From NCBI GenBank assembly GCA_903827975.1, contig CAIKKG010000014.1, positions 52,833-116,832 on the forward strand: a stretch of 64,000 nt of DNA, in the 5' to 3' direction. The notes under the pieces were generated by a model that did not search any database, had not been told where the DNA came from, and saw nothing but the letters and a program-made list of their open reading frames with translations. Positions 55,955 to 64,000 of this stretch are shown here, in pieces. The stretch's first letter is position 1. Every line of letters starts with the position of its first letter. Position numbers and translations under genes: made by a program. This DNA is from an uncultured bacterium (GTDB lineage Bacteria > Patescibacteriota > Minisyncoccia > UBA6257 > GWB1-50-10).

Positions 55955-56365
55955 TTATTGTGAAATAAATTTTGTCTTAACAGGCATCTTATGTCCAGCC
56001 ATCAAGAGGGCGCGCTTTGCTACCGCCTCCTTAACTCCATCAACCTCATACAGGATTCTTCCTGGTTTAACAGGAAATACGTAACGATCGATTTCACCCT
56101 TTCCACCTCCCAAGGTTACTTCTGGAGGAAGTTTGGTTACTGGCTTGTCTGGGAATATTCTAATCCAGAGACGTCCCTCACGATGCATTGAGTGTGCAAT
56201 TGTCTTTCTTCCTGCCTCAATCTGGTTGGCTGTAAGCCATGCCGCCTCGAGTGCCTGAAGTCCAAACTTTCCGTAAGAAAGCGTAATTCCACGCGTCTCA
56301 ACTAGGCGTCTTCGTGAGCGTCCTTTCTGCTGCTTCCTATATTTTTGTTTTTTAGGCTGTAACAT
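55955..56365 (-). CDS. rplP: 50S ribosomal protein L16
   Basis: MLQPKKQKYRKQQKGR... L16. Confidence 0.9.
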   Translation of the reverse strand: MLQPKKQKYRKQQKGRSRRRLVETRGITLSYGKFGLQALEAAWLTANQIEAGRKTIAHSMHREGRLWIRIFPDKPVTKLPPEVTLGGGKGEIDRYVFPVKPGRILYEVDGVKEAVAKRALLMAGHKMPVKTKFISQ

Positions 56366-56374
56366 GGTTCAAGA

Positions 56375-57052
56375 CTATTTAGCGTTCTTTTCTTCAAATA
56401 TTTCTCCTTTGTTGATCCAGACCTTAACACCAACCGTTCCATAGCTGTTGAACGAGGTTGCTTCAGCATAGTCAATGTTTGCGCGGAGCGTCTGCAAAGG
56501 CATTCTTCCATTCGCGAGCCAATCGGTTCGGGAAATTTCAGCGCCATTTAAACGGCCGGACAATTTAATCTTTACACCTTTTACATCCCTGTTCTGCATC
56601 GTGCTTTCTACAGCACGCTTCATTATTTTACGATATGGCTGACGGCGCTCTATGTCCGTAGCAATCTGCTGAGCGACAACTGCTGATGAAACATCGGTTC
56701 TTTTTAATTCTTCAATATTAAGATTAAGTGAAAAATTTGTAGGTGCCTTGTTTGCCTTGCGAATTGCCTTTAGCTTTACGAGAAGTTTCTCACGAAGCTC
56801 TTCAATTCCCTTTCCTCCGCGTCCTATTATAAGACCTGGGCGACTTGCAAGAATATTAACTCTTACAACCTCGCTTGTTCTTTCAATAACAATTCCGGCA
56901 ACTCCGGCCTCTTTTAATTTTTCTTTTACAAATTCGCGAATTGCATAATCCTCCTCAAGGAAAAACCTAGATTTTCGTGTGAAAAACCAGCGGCTTGCCC
57001 ATGGAAGCGTAACTCCGATTCGTAATGTTGTTGGTTTAATCTTCTGTGCCAT
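56375..57052 (-). CDS. rpsC: 30S ribosomal protein S3
   Basis: MAQKIKPTTLRIGV... KH + S3 C-terminal domain. Confidence 0.9.
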   Translation of the reverse strand: MAQKIKPTTLRIGVTLPWASRWFFTRKSRFFLEEDYAIREFVKEKLKEAGVAGIVIERTSEVVRVNILASRPGLIIGRGGKGIEELREKLLVKLKAIRKANKAPTNFSLNLNIEELKRTDVSSAVVAQQIATDIERRQPYRKIMKRAVESTMQNRDVKGVKIKLSGRLNGAEISRTDWLANGRMPLQTLRANIDYAEATSFNSYGTVGVKVWINKGEIFEEKNAK

Positions 57053-57057
57053 ACGTT

Positions 57058-57570
57058 CTAAATTGCTTTCCTGCTAAATATTTTTGGACCACCACTTCTC
57101 TTCTCTTTAGGCTTCTCAACACTTACCGTCTTATCTTCGTGTGTGTGCTTTGAATCCTTAGACGTGGTCTTCTTTTTCTTTGGTTTCTCCTCCTTCTTTT
57201 TCTTCGCAATTATGGTGAAACGCTTTGCCTTTGCTTCTCTTACTCCAAGCTCAATTGTGATGTGACTTGTTTTCTTTTGGATCTGACTTGCACTTCCTCT
57301 TGCACGAGGTGTCCAGCGCTTTGTCATTGGTCCGTTATCAACGATAACGTTACTTACATAAAGAGTATCGATATCAAGCTTTTTGTTGTGAGTTGCATTA
57401 GCTATTGCACTTCTCAATAGGCGCAAAAGATAATCTCGTGTGCGATGTGGAGACAATAAAAGCTGTCCCTCTGCTTCGTTTACAGAAAGACCCTTAATAA
57501 TGTTCGCGTAAATTCTAACCTTACGCGGTGACATCTTCATGAACTTAAGTTTTGCGACAATAGTTTCCAT
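57058..57570 (-). CDS. rplV: 50S ribosomal protein L22 with Lys-rich C-terminal extension
   Basis: L22 core then ~55-aa KKKKEEKPKKKK... tail. Confidence 0.85.
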   Translation of the reverse strand: METIVAKLKFMKMSPRKVRIYANIIKGLSVNEAEGQLLLSPHRTRDYLLRLLRSAIANATHNKKLDIDTLYVSNVIVDNGPMTKRWTPRARGSASQIQKKTSHITIELGVREAKAKRFTIIAKKKKEEKPKKKKTTSKDSKHTHEDKTVSVEKPKEKRSGGPKIFSRKAI

Positions 57571-57576
57571 GTTTCG

Positions 57577-57894
57577 TTATTTCTTTGCAGTCGCTGCAGG
57601 TGCAGGAGCTGTTGATTTCTTTTCTAAGTCGCGCTGCATTTTTCCACCGTGCTTCACGAATTTCCTTGTAAGTGAGAACTCGCCAAACCTGTGTCCAATC
57701 ATGTCCTCACCAACTGTTACCTCAATAAAGTCCTTTCCATTGTGTACTCCAAACGTAAATCCAACCATTTCCGGGGAAATTTCTGAATCACGAGACCACG
57801 TCTTTACGACTGTGTGATCGCCATGTTTCATGGTCGAAACTTTCTTTAATATATTTGGGTCTACCCATGGACCTTTTCGTGTTGAACGGCTCAT
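57577..57894 (-). CDS. rpsS: 30S ribosomal protein S19
   Basis: [12 protein letters not shown]... S19; short [10 protein letters not shown] tail. Confidence 0.9.
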   Translation of the reverse strand: MSRSTRKGPWVDPNILKKVSTMKHGDHTVVKTWSRDSEISPEMVGFTFGVHNGKDFIEVTVGEDMIGHRFGEFSLTRKFVKHGGKMQRDLEKKSTAPAPAATAKK

Positions 57895-57949
57895 ATTTGT
57901 TTATTTAATGCGGTGATTAGTATATCGATTAGTTCAGGATTTTACAACC

Positions 57950-58777
57950 TTACTTACTCCTGCGCTTAACGATAAGCTTCGTCGACCACTTCTTCTTGTT
58001 TCTTGTCTTCTTTCCTCCTGTAATCTTTCCCCACTTTGTCTTAGGACGCTTCGTTCCACGTTGCGTACTTCCTTCTCCACCACCGTATGGATGGTCGCGT
58101 GGGTTCATGGCTTTTCCTCTAACTGTAGGACGAATGCCAAGCCAACGTGAATGTCCTGCCTTACCTCCGACAACTAGGTTGTGTTCGATGTTTGAAACCT
58201 GACCGATTGTTGCTGCGCAATCCCAAGATACCTTTCGGACCTCGCTGGATGCCATTTTCAAGTGCGTATATCCGTCTTCATTTGCCAATACCTGAACAGA
58301 TGAACCAGCTGAGCGGGCAAACTGACCGCCTTTTCCTGGCGAGAGCTCAACATTGTGAACAAATGTACCAACTGGAATTCTTTTTAATGATGTTCTATTT
58401 CCTGAAATAAATTCTGATGTTTCTGATGCGATTATCACATCGTCAACCTTCATTCCATGTGGAGCGATTATGTATTTTCGGTCGCCATCTTTATAACTGA
58501 TACGTGCAATAAAGGCTGTGCGATATGGATCATACTCAATAGACTCAACCTTTCCTGGAACGCCAAATTTTTTCTGTACAAAATCAATCTCTCTGAATAT
58601 TTTCTTGTTTCCTCCTCCCTGGTGACGCATTGTAATGCGACCCTGTGAGTTACGTCCGGCTCTGTTACTTCTGCCGCGCGTAAGCGACTTCAAACGCTTC
58701 ACGCCCTTGGTAAGCGTTCCGTAGTCAACTACGGTCATGTGTCTGCGTGATTGAGTTGTCGGCTTATACTGTTTCAT
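57950..58777 (-). CDS. rplB: 50S ribosomal protein L2
   Basis: 275 aa, L2 N- and C-terminal domains (..GGGEGSTQRG.. region). Confidence 0.95.
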   Translation of the reverse strand: MKQYKPTTQSRRHMTVVDYGTLTKGVKRLKSLTRGRSNRAGRNSQGRITMRHQGGGNKKIFREIDFVQKKFGVPGKVESIEYDPYRTAFIARISYKDGDRKYIIAPHGMKVDDVIIASETSEFISGNRTSLKRIPVGTFVHNVELSPGKGGQFARSAGSSVQVLANEDGYTHLKMASSEVRKVSWDCAATIGQVSNIEHNLVVGGKAGHSRWLGIRPTVRGKAMNPRDHPYGGGEGSTQRGTKRPKTKWGKITGGKKTRNKKKWSTKLIVKRRSK

Positions 58778-58779
58778 GT

Positions 58780-59154
58780 TTATGCAATCTCTATTTTATC
58801 TCCTGCTTTCAAGGTCACATACGCCTTTTTGTGTATTGAGGCCTTACCACGGCGACCACGGAATGTTTTTACTTTACCCTTGTTAACAACCATGTCTACA
58901 TCAACAACTTTTACGTTGTATCTGCGTTGTACTTCCTCCTTTACCATAATTTTATTTGCTGAATTCTCAACAATAAAAACATACTGATTGCGTGCCTGAA
59001 GTCCGTACGCCTTTTCACTTGCATGAGGGCGCTTAATAACACTCGTTGTAGCAGAATGCTGCGCAGGTGTGCTTTTTTTCTTAGGACTTGCGGTTACAAC
59101 AGCTGTTTCCTTCTCCTCTCCCTCTTCTTTAGTTTTAAAAATATTCATTGCCAT
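58780..59154 (-). CDS. rplW: 50S ribosomal protein L23 with ~40-aa N-terminal extension
   Basis: C-terminal L23 core (..RYNVKVVDVDMV..), acidic/basic N-terminal extension. Confidence 0.85.
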   Translation of the reverse strand: MAMNIFKTKEEGEEKETAVVTASPKKKSTPAQHSATTSVIKRPHASEKAYGLQARNQYVFIVENSANKIMVKEEVQRRYNVKVVDVDMVVNKGKVKTFRGRRGKASIHKKAYVTLKAGDKIEIA

Positions 59155-59159
59155 ATGCG

Positions 59160-59783
59160 TTATTTCGCTTTCGACAATTCCTCGACTGCGCCCTTTTCTA
59201 TCATCAAATTCTTATGCAACATAACACTCTTCGCATTTAACTCACTTACGTGTGTTATTTCAATCTTAGGAATGTTTCTTCCTGAGAGGAAAAGAGATTT
59301 ATTTTCGTTGCTTGAAACGAAAAGAACATTAGGCTTCTTGTCGAAGAAGTTCTTCAACATTACAGCTACATCCTTTGTTTTTCTTGTGTTAAATTCCAAT
59401 GAATCAACGACAAATACTTCTCCGTCTGTTAATTTCTTTGATAATACAGATGCGAGTGCGCCCCTCTTCATCTTTTTATTTATTTTCTTTGAAAAATCGC
59501 GATCTGCTTTTGGTCCATGGGAAACACCTCCACCCTTCCAAATCGGAGAGCGTGTTGAACCTGCGCGAGCACGTCCTGTGTGTTTTTGTTTGTATGGTTT
59601 TTTACCACCACCACTTACCTCACCACGACCACGAGAAACCGCAATTACTTTGCGGATATTTGCATCATAAGCAACGATAACCTGATGAACAAGATCAGGG
59701 TTCCACTTTGCACCAAAAAGCTGATCCGGCAATTCTGCAGTTCCAACTTTTTTATGCTCCTGATTGTAGAGATCGGTTGTCAT
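59160..59783 (-). CDS. rplD: 50S ribosomal protein L4
   Basis: 207 aa L4 family. Confidence 0.9.
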   Translation of the reverse strand: MTTDLYNQEHKKVGTAELPDQLFGAKWNPDLVHQVIVAYDANIRKVIAVSRGRGEVSGGGKKPYKQKHTGRARAGSTRSPIWKGGGVSHGPKADRDFSKKINKKMKRGALASVLSKKLTDGEVFVVDSLEFNTRKTKDVAVMLKNFFDKKPNVLFVSSNENKSLFLSGRNIPKIEITHVSELNAKSVMLHKNLMIEKGAVEELSKAK

Positions 59784-59788
59784 GTTTC

Positions 59789-60238
59789 TTATTTTCTAAT
59801 TTCAATTGATCCACCACGATTACCCGGAACAGCTCCGCGAACCATGATTATTTTTTCTTCCGGTTTCAATTCAGCAACCATAAGATTTTTTACTGTTACT
59901 CTTCGATTTCCAGTATGTCCTGCCATTTTCCTTCCTGGTAGCACGCGCTGAGGTGCTGTAGGACCGATTGAGCCAGGAGCACGAAGGCGGTCCTTCTGAC
60001 CATGTGACTTTGGACCTCCATGAAAACCATGACGTTTAACTACACCTTGGAATCCTTTTCCGCGGCTAGTTCCAGAAACGATAACTAACTCACCATCCTT
60101 CAATGAAGAAAAAAGTGCGTCAATATCGCCCTTTTCGCAAAGTAGCGGGGTTACCGGAAAGACCTTTCCGTCTTTCCAAATCTGAGACATTCTAAGTTTT
60201 TTTGCAATTACTTTTTCCATGTTAAATGAAAACAACAA
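59789..60238 (-). CDS. rplC: 50S ribosomal protein L3 (short form, ~145 aa)
   Basis: ..RGKGFQGVVKRHGFHGGPKSHGQKDRLRAPGSIG.. L3 signature; true start probably Met7. Confidence 0.85.
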   Translation of the reverse strand: MLFSFNMEKVIAKKLRMSQIWKDGKVFPVTPLLCEKGDIDALFSSLKDGELVIVSGTSRGKGFQGVVKRHGFHGGPKSHGQKDRLRAPGSIGPTAPQRVLPGRKMAGHTGNRRVTVKNLMVAELKPEEKIIMVRGAVPGNRGGSIEIRK

Positions 60239-60333
60239 GGTTACAGCCCTGTTGTTTTCGGTAGAAAAAATCTGGCTAAACCTTACCTATCGTAAATTAC
60301 TCCTTGATTAAAGTCAATACTTTTTCTACACGC

Positions 60334-60666
60334 TTAGCCCATTTTAATCTCCACATCAACTCCAGCTGGAAGATTTAAATCAGTTAATGATTCAATTATC
60401 TTCTGCTGAGGGTTCATAATGTCGATTAGGCGTTTGTGTACACGAAGTTCAAATTGATCTACCGATTTTTTATGCACGAACGTTGAGCGATTTACAGAAT
60501 ACTTTCTAAATTCTGTAGGCAAAGGAATAGGGCCTGTTACATCCCCACCCTGCCTTTTAATAGCCTCAACAATCTGCCTTACGGAGCTATCAATGAGTTT
60601 CGCATCGTATGACTTAATACGAAGTCGCAATTTTTCTTTTTGAAGTTGCTCGTCTCTTTTTGCCAT
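60334..60666 (-). CDS. rpsJ: 30S ribosomal protein S10
   Basis: ...LRIKSYDAKLIDSSVRQIVEA... S10. Confidence 0.9.
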   Translation of the reverse strand: MAKRDEQLQKEKLRLRIKSYDAKLIDSSVRQIVEAIKRQGGDVTGPIPLPTEFRKYSVNRSTFVHKKSVDQFELRVHKRLIDIMNPQQKIIESLTDLNLPAGVDVEIKMG

Positions 60667-60700
60667 TTGTGTTTGCTAACTCACAACACACAGTCTACTG

Positions 60701-60736
60701 TCAGCGACCTTGAACTTTTATATTCTCAGTCGCTGA
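60701..60736 (-). promoter_or_regulatory. 8-bp inverted repeat (tcagcgac ... gtcgctga, 20-nt loop) in the tuf-rpsJ spacer, candidate S10-operon leader structure
   Basis: Seen in sequence; located in the untranslated leader of rpsJ. Confidence 0.3.
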
Positions 60737-60757
60737 TTGTAGATTGCTAGTTGCTGG

Positions 60758-61957
60758 TTATTTAAGAATTTTTACTACCGCACCGGCTCCGACTGTCTTA
60801 CCTCCTTCGCGGATTGCAAAGCGTTGTTTCTCTTCGAGTGCAACAGGTGCAATAAGCTTTACGGTGATGCTGACTGTATCGCCAGGCATAACCATTTCAA
60901 CTCCTGCTGGCAAGATTACCTCACCAGTGACATCTGTTGTGCGGATGTAGAACTGCGGCTTGTAACCCTTAAAGAATGGGGTGTGGCGTCCGCCTTCCTC
61001 CTTAGAAAGAACGTATACCTCAGCCTCAAATTCTGTATGAGGAGTTACTGAACCAGGTTTAGCAATAACCTGACCGCGCTCGATATCATCCTTCTTCAAA
61101 CCACGGAGAAGAATTCCAACGTTGTCTCCTGCCTGTGCGTCATCAAGAAGCTTCTGGAACATTTCGATTCCGGTTACAACAGTCTTCTGTGTAGGCCTTA
61201 ATCCGATTATTTCCACTTCCTCGTTTACCTTCAACACTCCGCGCTCTGCACGACCTGTGCAGACTGTTCCACGTCCTTCAATTGAGAAGATGTCCTCAAT
61301 AGGCATAAGGAAAGGCATATCTGTTGCGCGAACTGGCTCAGGAATGTAATCATCAACGGCTTTAACAAGGTCTAAGATTGGCTTTACTGCAGGATCATCA
61401 AGTGACTTTGTTTCAAGTCCCTTCAATGCAGAACCACGAATAATCGGGGTTGTTTCGCCATCATAGTTATACTTTGTCAAAAGTTCACGAATTTCTGACT
61501 CCACGAGATCCAACATTTCAGGATCCTCAACCATATCGCACTTGTTCAAGAAAACAACGACTTTAGGCACACCAACCTGGTAGGCCAAAAGGATGTGCTC
61601 TCTTGTCTGAGGCATAGGACCATCAGTTGCAGCAACCACGAGAATTGCGCCGTCCATTTGAGCGGCACCCGTGATCATGTTCTTGATATAGTCTGCGTGT
61701 CCTGGTGCATCGATGTGTGCATAGTGACGTGTTTCTGACTCATATTCTGAGTGGTGGAGCGCGATTGTTATACCGCGAGCCTTTTCCTCAGGAGCATTGT
61801 CAATGTTATCGACTCCTTCTTCTTTCTTTGCAAGACCTTTCATAAAAAGGACGTGCGTAATTGCCGCGGTAAGAGTTGTCTTTCCGTGGTCAACGTGACC
61901 GATTGTACCAATGTTTACGTGTGGCTTGGTACGCTGAAATTTTTCTTTTTCTGCCAT
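60758..61957 (-). CDS. tuf: Elongation factor Tu
   Basis: [31 protein letters not shown] motifs; 399 aa. Confidence 0.97.
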   Translation of the reverse strand: MAEKEKFQRTKPHVNIGTIGHVDHGKTTLTAAITHVLFMKGLAKKEEGVDNIDNAPEEKARGITIALHHSEYESETRHYAHIDAPGHADYIKNMITGAAQMDGAILVVAATDGPMPQTREHILLAYQVGVPKVVVFLNKCDMVEDPEMLDLVESEIRELLTKYNYDGETTPIIRGSALKGLETKSLDDPAVKPILDLVKAVDDYIPEPVRATDMPFLMPIEDIFSIEGRGTVCTGRAERGVLKVNEEVEIIGLRPTQKTVVTGIEMFQKLLDDAQAGDNVGILLRGLKKDDIERGQVIAKPGSVTPHTEFEAEVYVLSKEEGGRHTPFFKGYKPQFYIRTTDVTGEVILPAGVEMVMPGDTVSITVKLIAPVALEEKQRFAIREGGKTVGAGAVVKILK

Positions 61958-62017
61958 GTTTTTTTTGCTTTTTTGTTTGTTTTTTTCGACCTGTTTAGGT
62001 TTATATAAGCAAGGATA

Positions 62018-62046
62018 ATTCTTACTTATTAAGGAAAAAATGTCAA
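62018..62046 (-). promoter_or_regulatory. Sigma-70-like promoter for tuf (TTGACA - 16 nt - TAAGAAT)
   Basis: Minus-strand ggTTGACAttttttccttaataagTAAGAATtatcc ~60 nt upstream of tuf ATG. Confidence 0.45.
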
Positions 62047-62186
62047 CCCCTTTCGCGTAGGATAACTAATAATATCTTTATGCTTAGCCATACTTAGCAT
62101 TAAAAAATTAAATTAGTTAATTTTATCTGCTAAATAAACATTATTTTGTGCCAAATAATAATGTTTTAGCTTTTTTATAATAAAAA

Positions 62187-62208
62187 ACGTCCCACAATTG
62201 CGGGACGT
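62187..62208 (-). terminator. Rho-independent terminator for the 62220 gene
   Basis: acgtcccacaattgcgggacgt with T-run on minus strand. Confidence 0.7.
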
Positions 62209-62219
62209 TGATGTACTTA

Positions 62220-62666
62220 TTACGGTTCAATTTTATAAACATCGAGCACGTCTTCGGTGTTTAGGCGTCCACAAAACTTCCAGTGAAATTTTTCTATGCG
62301 ACGCATATTTTCAAGAATCCAAATCTCTGCCGTACCACACTGCCACTTACCGTCCGAGCGTTGTACTCGGCAGTTGGCCTGAACGTGCAGATAATCATCA
62401 AATATGAAATCGAAGGAGAATGCCCTGGTAGCATTGATTTTATTGCCCTCTACTGCACTACCAAACCACTTAGCACTAACTTTTGCATTGCTGTGTGTCT
62501 TTCCTAGATACTGCAGAGACTTACAGACAAGATTTGTTGAAAAAGTAACTGCATCAGCAACAAGCTCAGAATTCTCGTACTCCATGAAACCCTCCTTATG
62601 GGATTTTGTGTTTGTTAATGAACAACTATCCAGAATTGGATGTTGTGAATATGACACATACTTCAA
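62220..62666 (-). CDS. Hypothetical protein (Cys-containing, 120-148 aa) inserted between fusA and tuf
   Basis: ORF starts with TTG; internal ATG (MEYENSELV..) plausible; no recognisable family. Confidence 0.45.
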   Translation of the reverse strand: MKYVSYSQHPILDSCSLTNTKSHKEGFMEYENSELVADAVTFSTNLVCKSLQYLGKTHSNAKVSAKWFGSAVEGNKINATRAFSFDFIFDDYLHVQANCRVQRSDGKWQCGTAEIWILENMRRIEKFHWKFCGRLNTEDVLDVYKIEP

Positions 62667-62723
62667 ATATAATCAAGTAAGCCATGCCTCGAACAGTATT
62701 TAGGCCTTATATTTCTTATACTA

Positions 62724-63437
62724 TTACTCCCTTACTATAAATGAGAGTGTTTTTAGAATTTCGGTGACAAATCCGCTTCCACCAAATGGGATGCTGCCAA
62801 GGCTTGCAGTAAATACAAGATCTTCGGTGTCAGAAAGTGAAATTATTGCATTAATATAATGTGTTGAACTTACAATACCCTCCTCACCCCTACATCGTTC
62901 GTGTTCCGCAATATCAAGTATTTTTCCACCTACCATAAACTCGGAATGCGCGAAAGACTTGCACGCTGATGCTTCCGTATACTGAATGAATGAACCTTTT
63001 TCGTATACTTGAAATGAAATTGCTTTTCCGTTTCCAGCATATGCAATATTTGCATCTCTTAATTTTACAATCACATTTACACCAACTGAACTACTGGATG
63101 TTGCGAAAGTTACTTTTGATAAAGCTGGATATTTAAAAGAGAAGCCATACTTTGTATTTTTATATGTGAGCCACTCGTTTCGCAATGGGGTGTTACCAAT
63201 TTTAGACGTGGTTGATGTTGCTATTACGGTTGTGGATGTTGGACATAGCGCAAAATCACAGGAGGGTCCTGTGCGTCCCACTGCTGTTCCATCCGGACAG
63301 ATTTTTGCCTCCATGGTACAACTAACCTCGTTATCAATTTTAGGTTTTTTTGAAACAGAAAAATAAACGCCAAAACCCACGGCAATAATTGCTATTAGCA
63401 CGCTAACCTGAATTAGAACTGAATTCTTTTTATCCAT
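62724..63437 (-). CDS. Hypothetical membrane-anchored/secreted protein with Cys-rich N-proximal motif
   Basis: N-terminal TM anchor; ..VSCTMEAKICPDGTAVGRTGPSCDFALCP..; beta-rich extracellular domain. Confidence 0.5.
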   Translation of the reverse strand: MDKKNSVLIQVSVLIAIIAVGFGVYFSVSKKPKIDNEVSCTMEAKICPDGTAVGRTGPSCDFALCPTSTTVIATSTTSKIGNTPLRNEWLTYKNTKYGFSFKYPALSKVTFATSSSSVGVNVIVKLRDANIAYAGNGKAISFQVYEKGSFIQYTEASACKSFAHSEFMVGGKILDIAEHERCRGEEGIVSSTHYINAIISLSDTEDLVFTASLGSIPFGGSGFVTEILKTLSFIVRE

Positions 63438-63475
63438 ATCATCATTATAATCACAAAATAACTGTTTGAAAACAA

Positions 63476-63510
63476 AAATCCCGCCACTCAGATTAAGTGA
63501 CGGGATTTTT
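63476..63510. terminator. Hairpin terminator after fusA
   Basis: atcccgccactcagattaagtgacgggat flanked by T-runs on both strands. Confidence 0.6.
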
Positions 63511-63520
63511 TATAATTTAT

Positions 63521-64000
63521 TTATTTCTTCTGTCTTCCTTCAATGATGGTTGTCGCAACATTGCCTGGGACCTCTTCGTAGTGCGAGAACTCCATGCTGA
63601 AGCTTCCGCGGCCCTGAGTCATTGAGCGAAGTGTCGTAACATATCCGAACATCTCTGCCATAGGACATGTTGCATCAATAACGCGAAGATTACCTCTCTC
63701 ACCCATCGCTGAAATCTTTGCTCTGCGTGAGCTCAAATCTCCTGTAATATCACCCAAGAAATTTGCTGGGGCAATTGCTTGAACCTTCATGACCGGCTCC
63801 AACAATACGAGCTTTGCCTGCTTTGTTGCCTCCTGGAATGCCATTGAACCCGCAATCTTAAACGCGAATTCAGATGAGTCAACCTCGTGGAAGGATCCAT
63901 CGTAAAGCGTTACCTTAACGTCTACAACTGGGTATCCAGCGAGTACACCACGCGCAACAGTCTCTTCAATACCTTTCTTAATTGGGTTAATGAATTCCTT
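63521..64000 (-). CDS. fusA: Elongation factor G, C-terminal part (gene continues beyond window end)
   Basis: C-terminal domains IV/V: ...[31 protein letters not shown]...; reading frame open to position 64000. Confidence 0.9.
   Translation of the reverse strand, partial: KEFINPIKKGIEETVARGVLAGYPVVDVKVTLYDGSFHEVDSSEFAFKIAGSMAFQEATKQAKLVLLEPVMKVQAIAPANFLGDITGDLSSRRAKISAMGERGNLRVIDATCPMAEMFGYVTTLRSMTQGRGSFSMEFSHYEEVPGNVATTIIEGRQKK

Noticed and set aside
59023-59951. + strand ORFs (215, 93, 123 aa) across rplW/rplD/rplC
   Set aside because: Antisense to ribosomal-protein genes, low-complexity translations.
1-64000. CRISPR arrays, transposases, integrases, restriction-modification or toxin-antitoxin pairs
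   Set aside because: Scanned for regularly spaced direct repeats, DDE/tyrosine-recombinase motifs and paired small ORFs; none found. The only repeats are coding tandem arrays, an SSR and the tRNA-Gly partial duplication.

Overview
This 64 kb window looks like a piece of a small, AT-rich (about 35% GC) genome of the Patescibacteria/CPR type. The core genes sit almost entirely on the minus strand with short intergenic gaps. Many genes are followed by short GC-rich hairpins with T-runs that act as intrinsic terminators. The 3' third (50.5-62 kb) is a complete S10-spc ribosomal-protein/secY block preceded by tuf. It has no L30 gene between rpsE and rplO, and L22, L23, L24 and S19 carry extensions. 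The fusA end is at the window edge, and two hypothetical genes are wedged between fusA and tuf. Housekeeping genes: lepA, hisS, a tRNA-dihydrouridine synthase, four pseudouridine synthases (RsuA/RluB-type, RluA-type, TruB, plus RsmE and RsmI methyltransferases), topA, dprA, murA, adk, map, a DEAD-box helicase, an ABC-F ATPase, rplS, and three tRNAs (Gly-CCC, Ala-TGC, Ile-GAT). Accessory content: an ECF sigma/anti-sigma pair upstream of a membrane-fusion (HlyD-type) efflux adaptor. A membrane-lipid/glycoconjugate cluster (DedA, GT4, GT2, a PAP2_C/sphingomyelin-synthase-like enzyme). An envelope polysaccharide operon (sugar transferase, two GT4, a large extracytoplasmic protein) fused to lepA. 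An HK-RR-HK signalling cluster. A redox set (peroxiredoxin, Fe/Mn SOD, VKOR homolog, glutaredoxin, thioredoxin-like protein, DoxX). The most unusual feature is three short GC-rich islets (50-57% GC against the ~35% background): 8.15-8.44 kb, 46.2-46.9 kb and 49.5-50.5 kb. Each has its own hairpin terminator. Two of them (8395 and 46307) carry an identical strong AGGAGGTAAT-start ribosome-binding site, and the third (50067) has an AAGGAG site, where sampled native genes mostly lack an SD. Two of the islets encode divergent paralogs of an unrecognised ~165-190 aa family. One islet splits the otherwise universal secY-adk junction. They flank a QNG1/DUF2419-like queuosine-salvage gene. Other points of note: a partial duplication of the tRNA-Gly 3' end plus trailer, tandem amino-acid repeats in the DEAD-box helicase tail and in an 834-aa membrane protein, an in-frame hexanucleotide microsatellite inside a histidine-kinase gene, a leaderless extended -10 promoter on the peroxiredoxin, and a candidate cis-regulatory hairpin in the long 5' UTR of a 3D-domain cell-wall gene. 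Small-motif coordinates are approximate (+/- a few nt).
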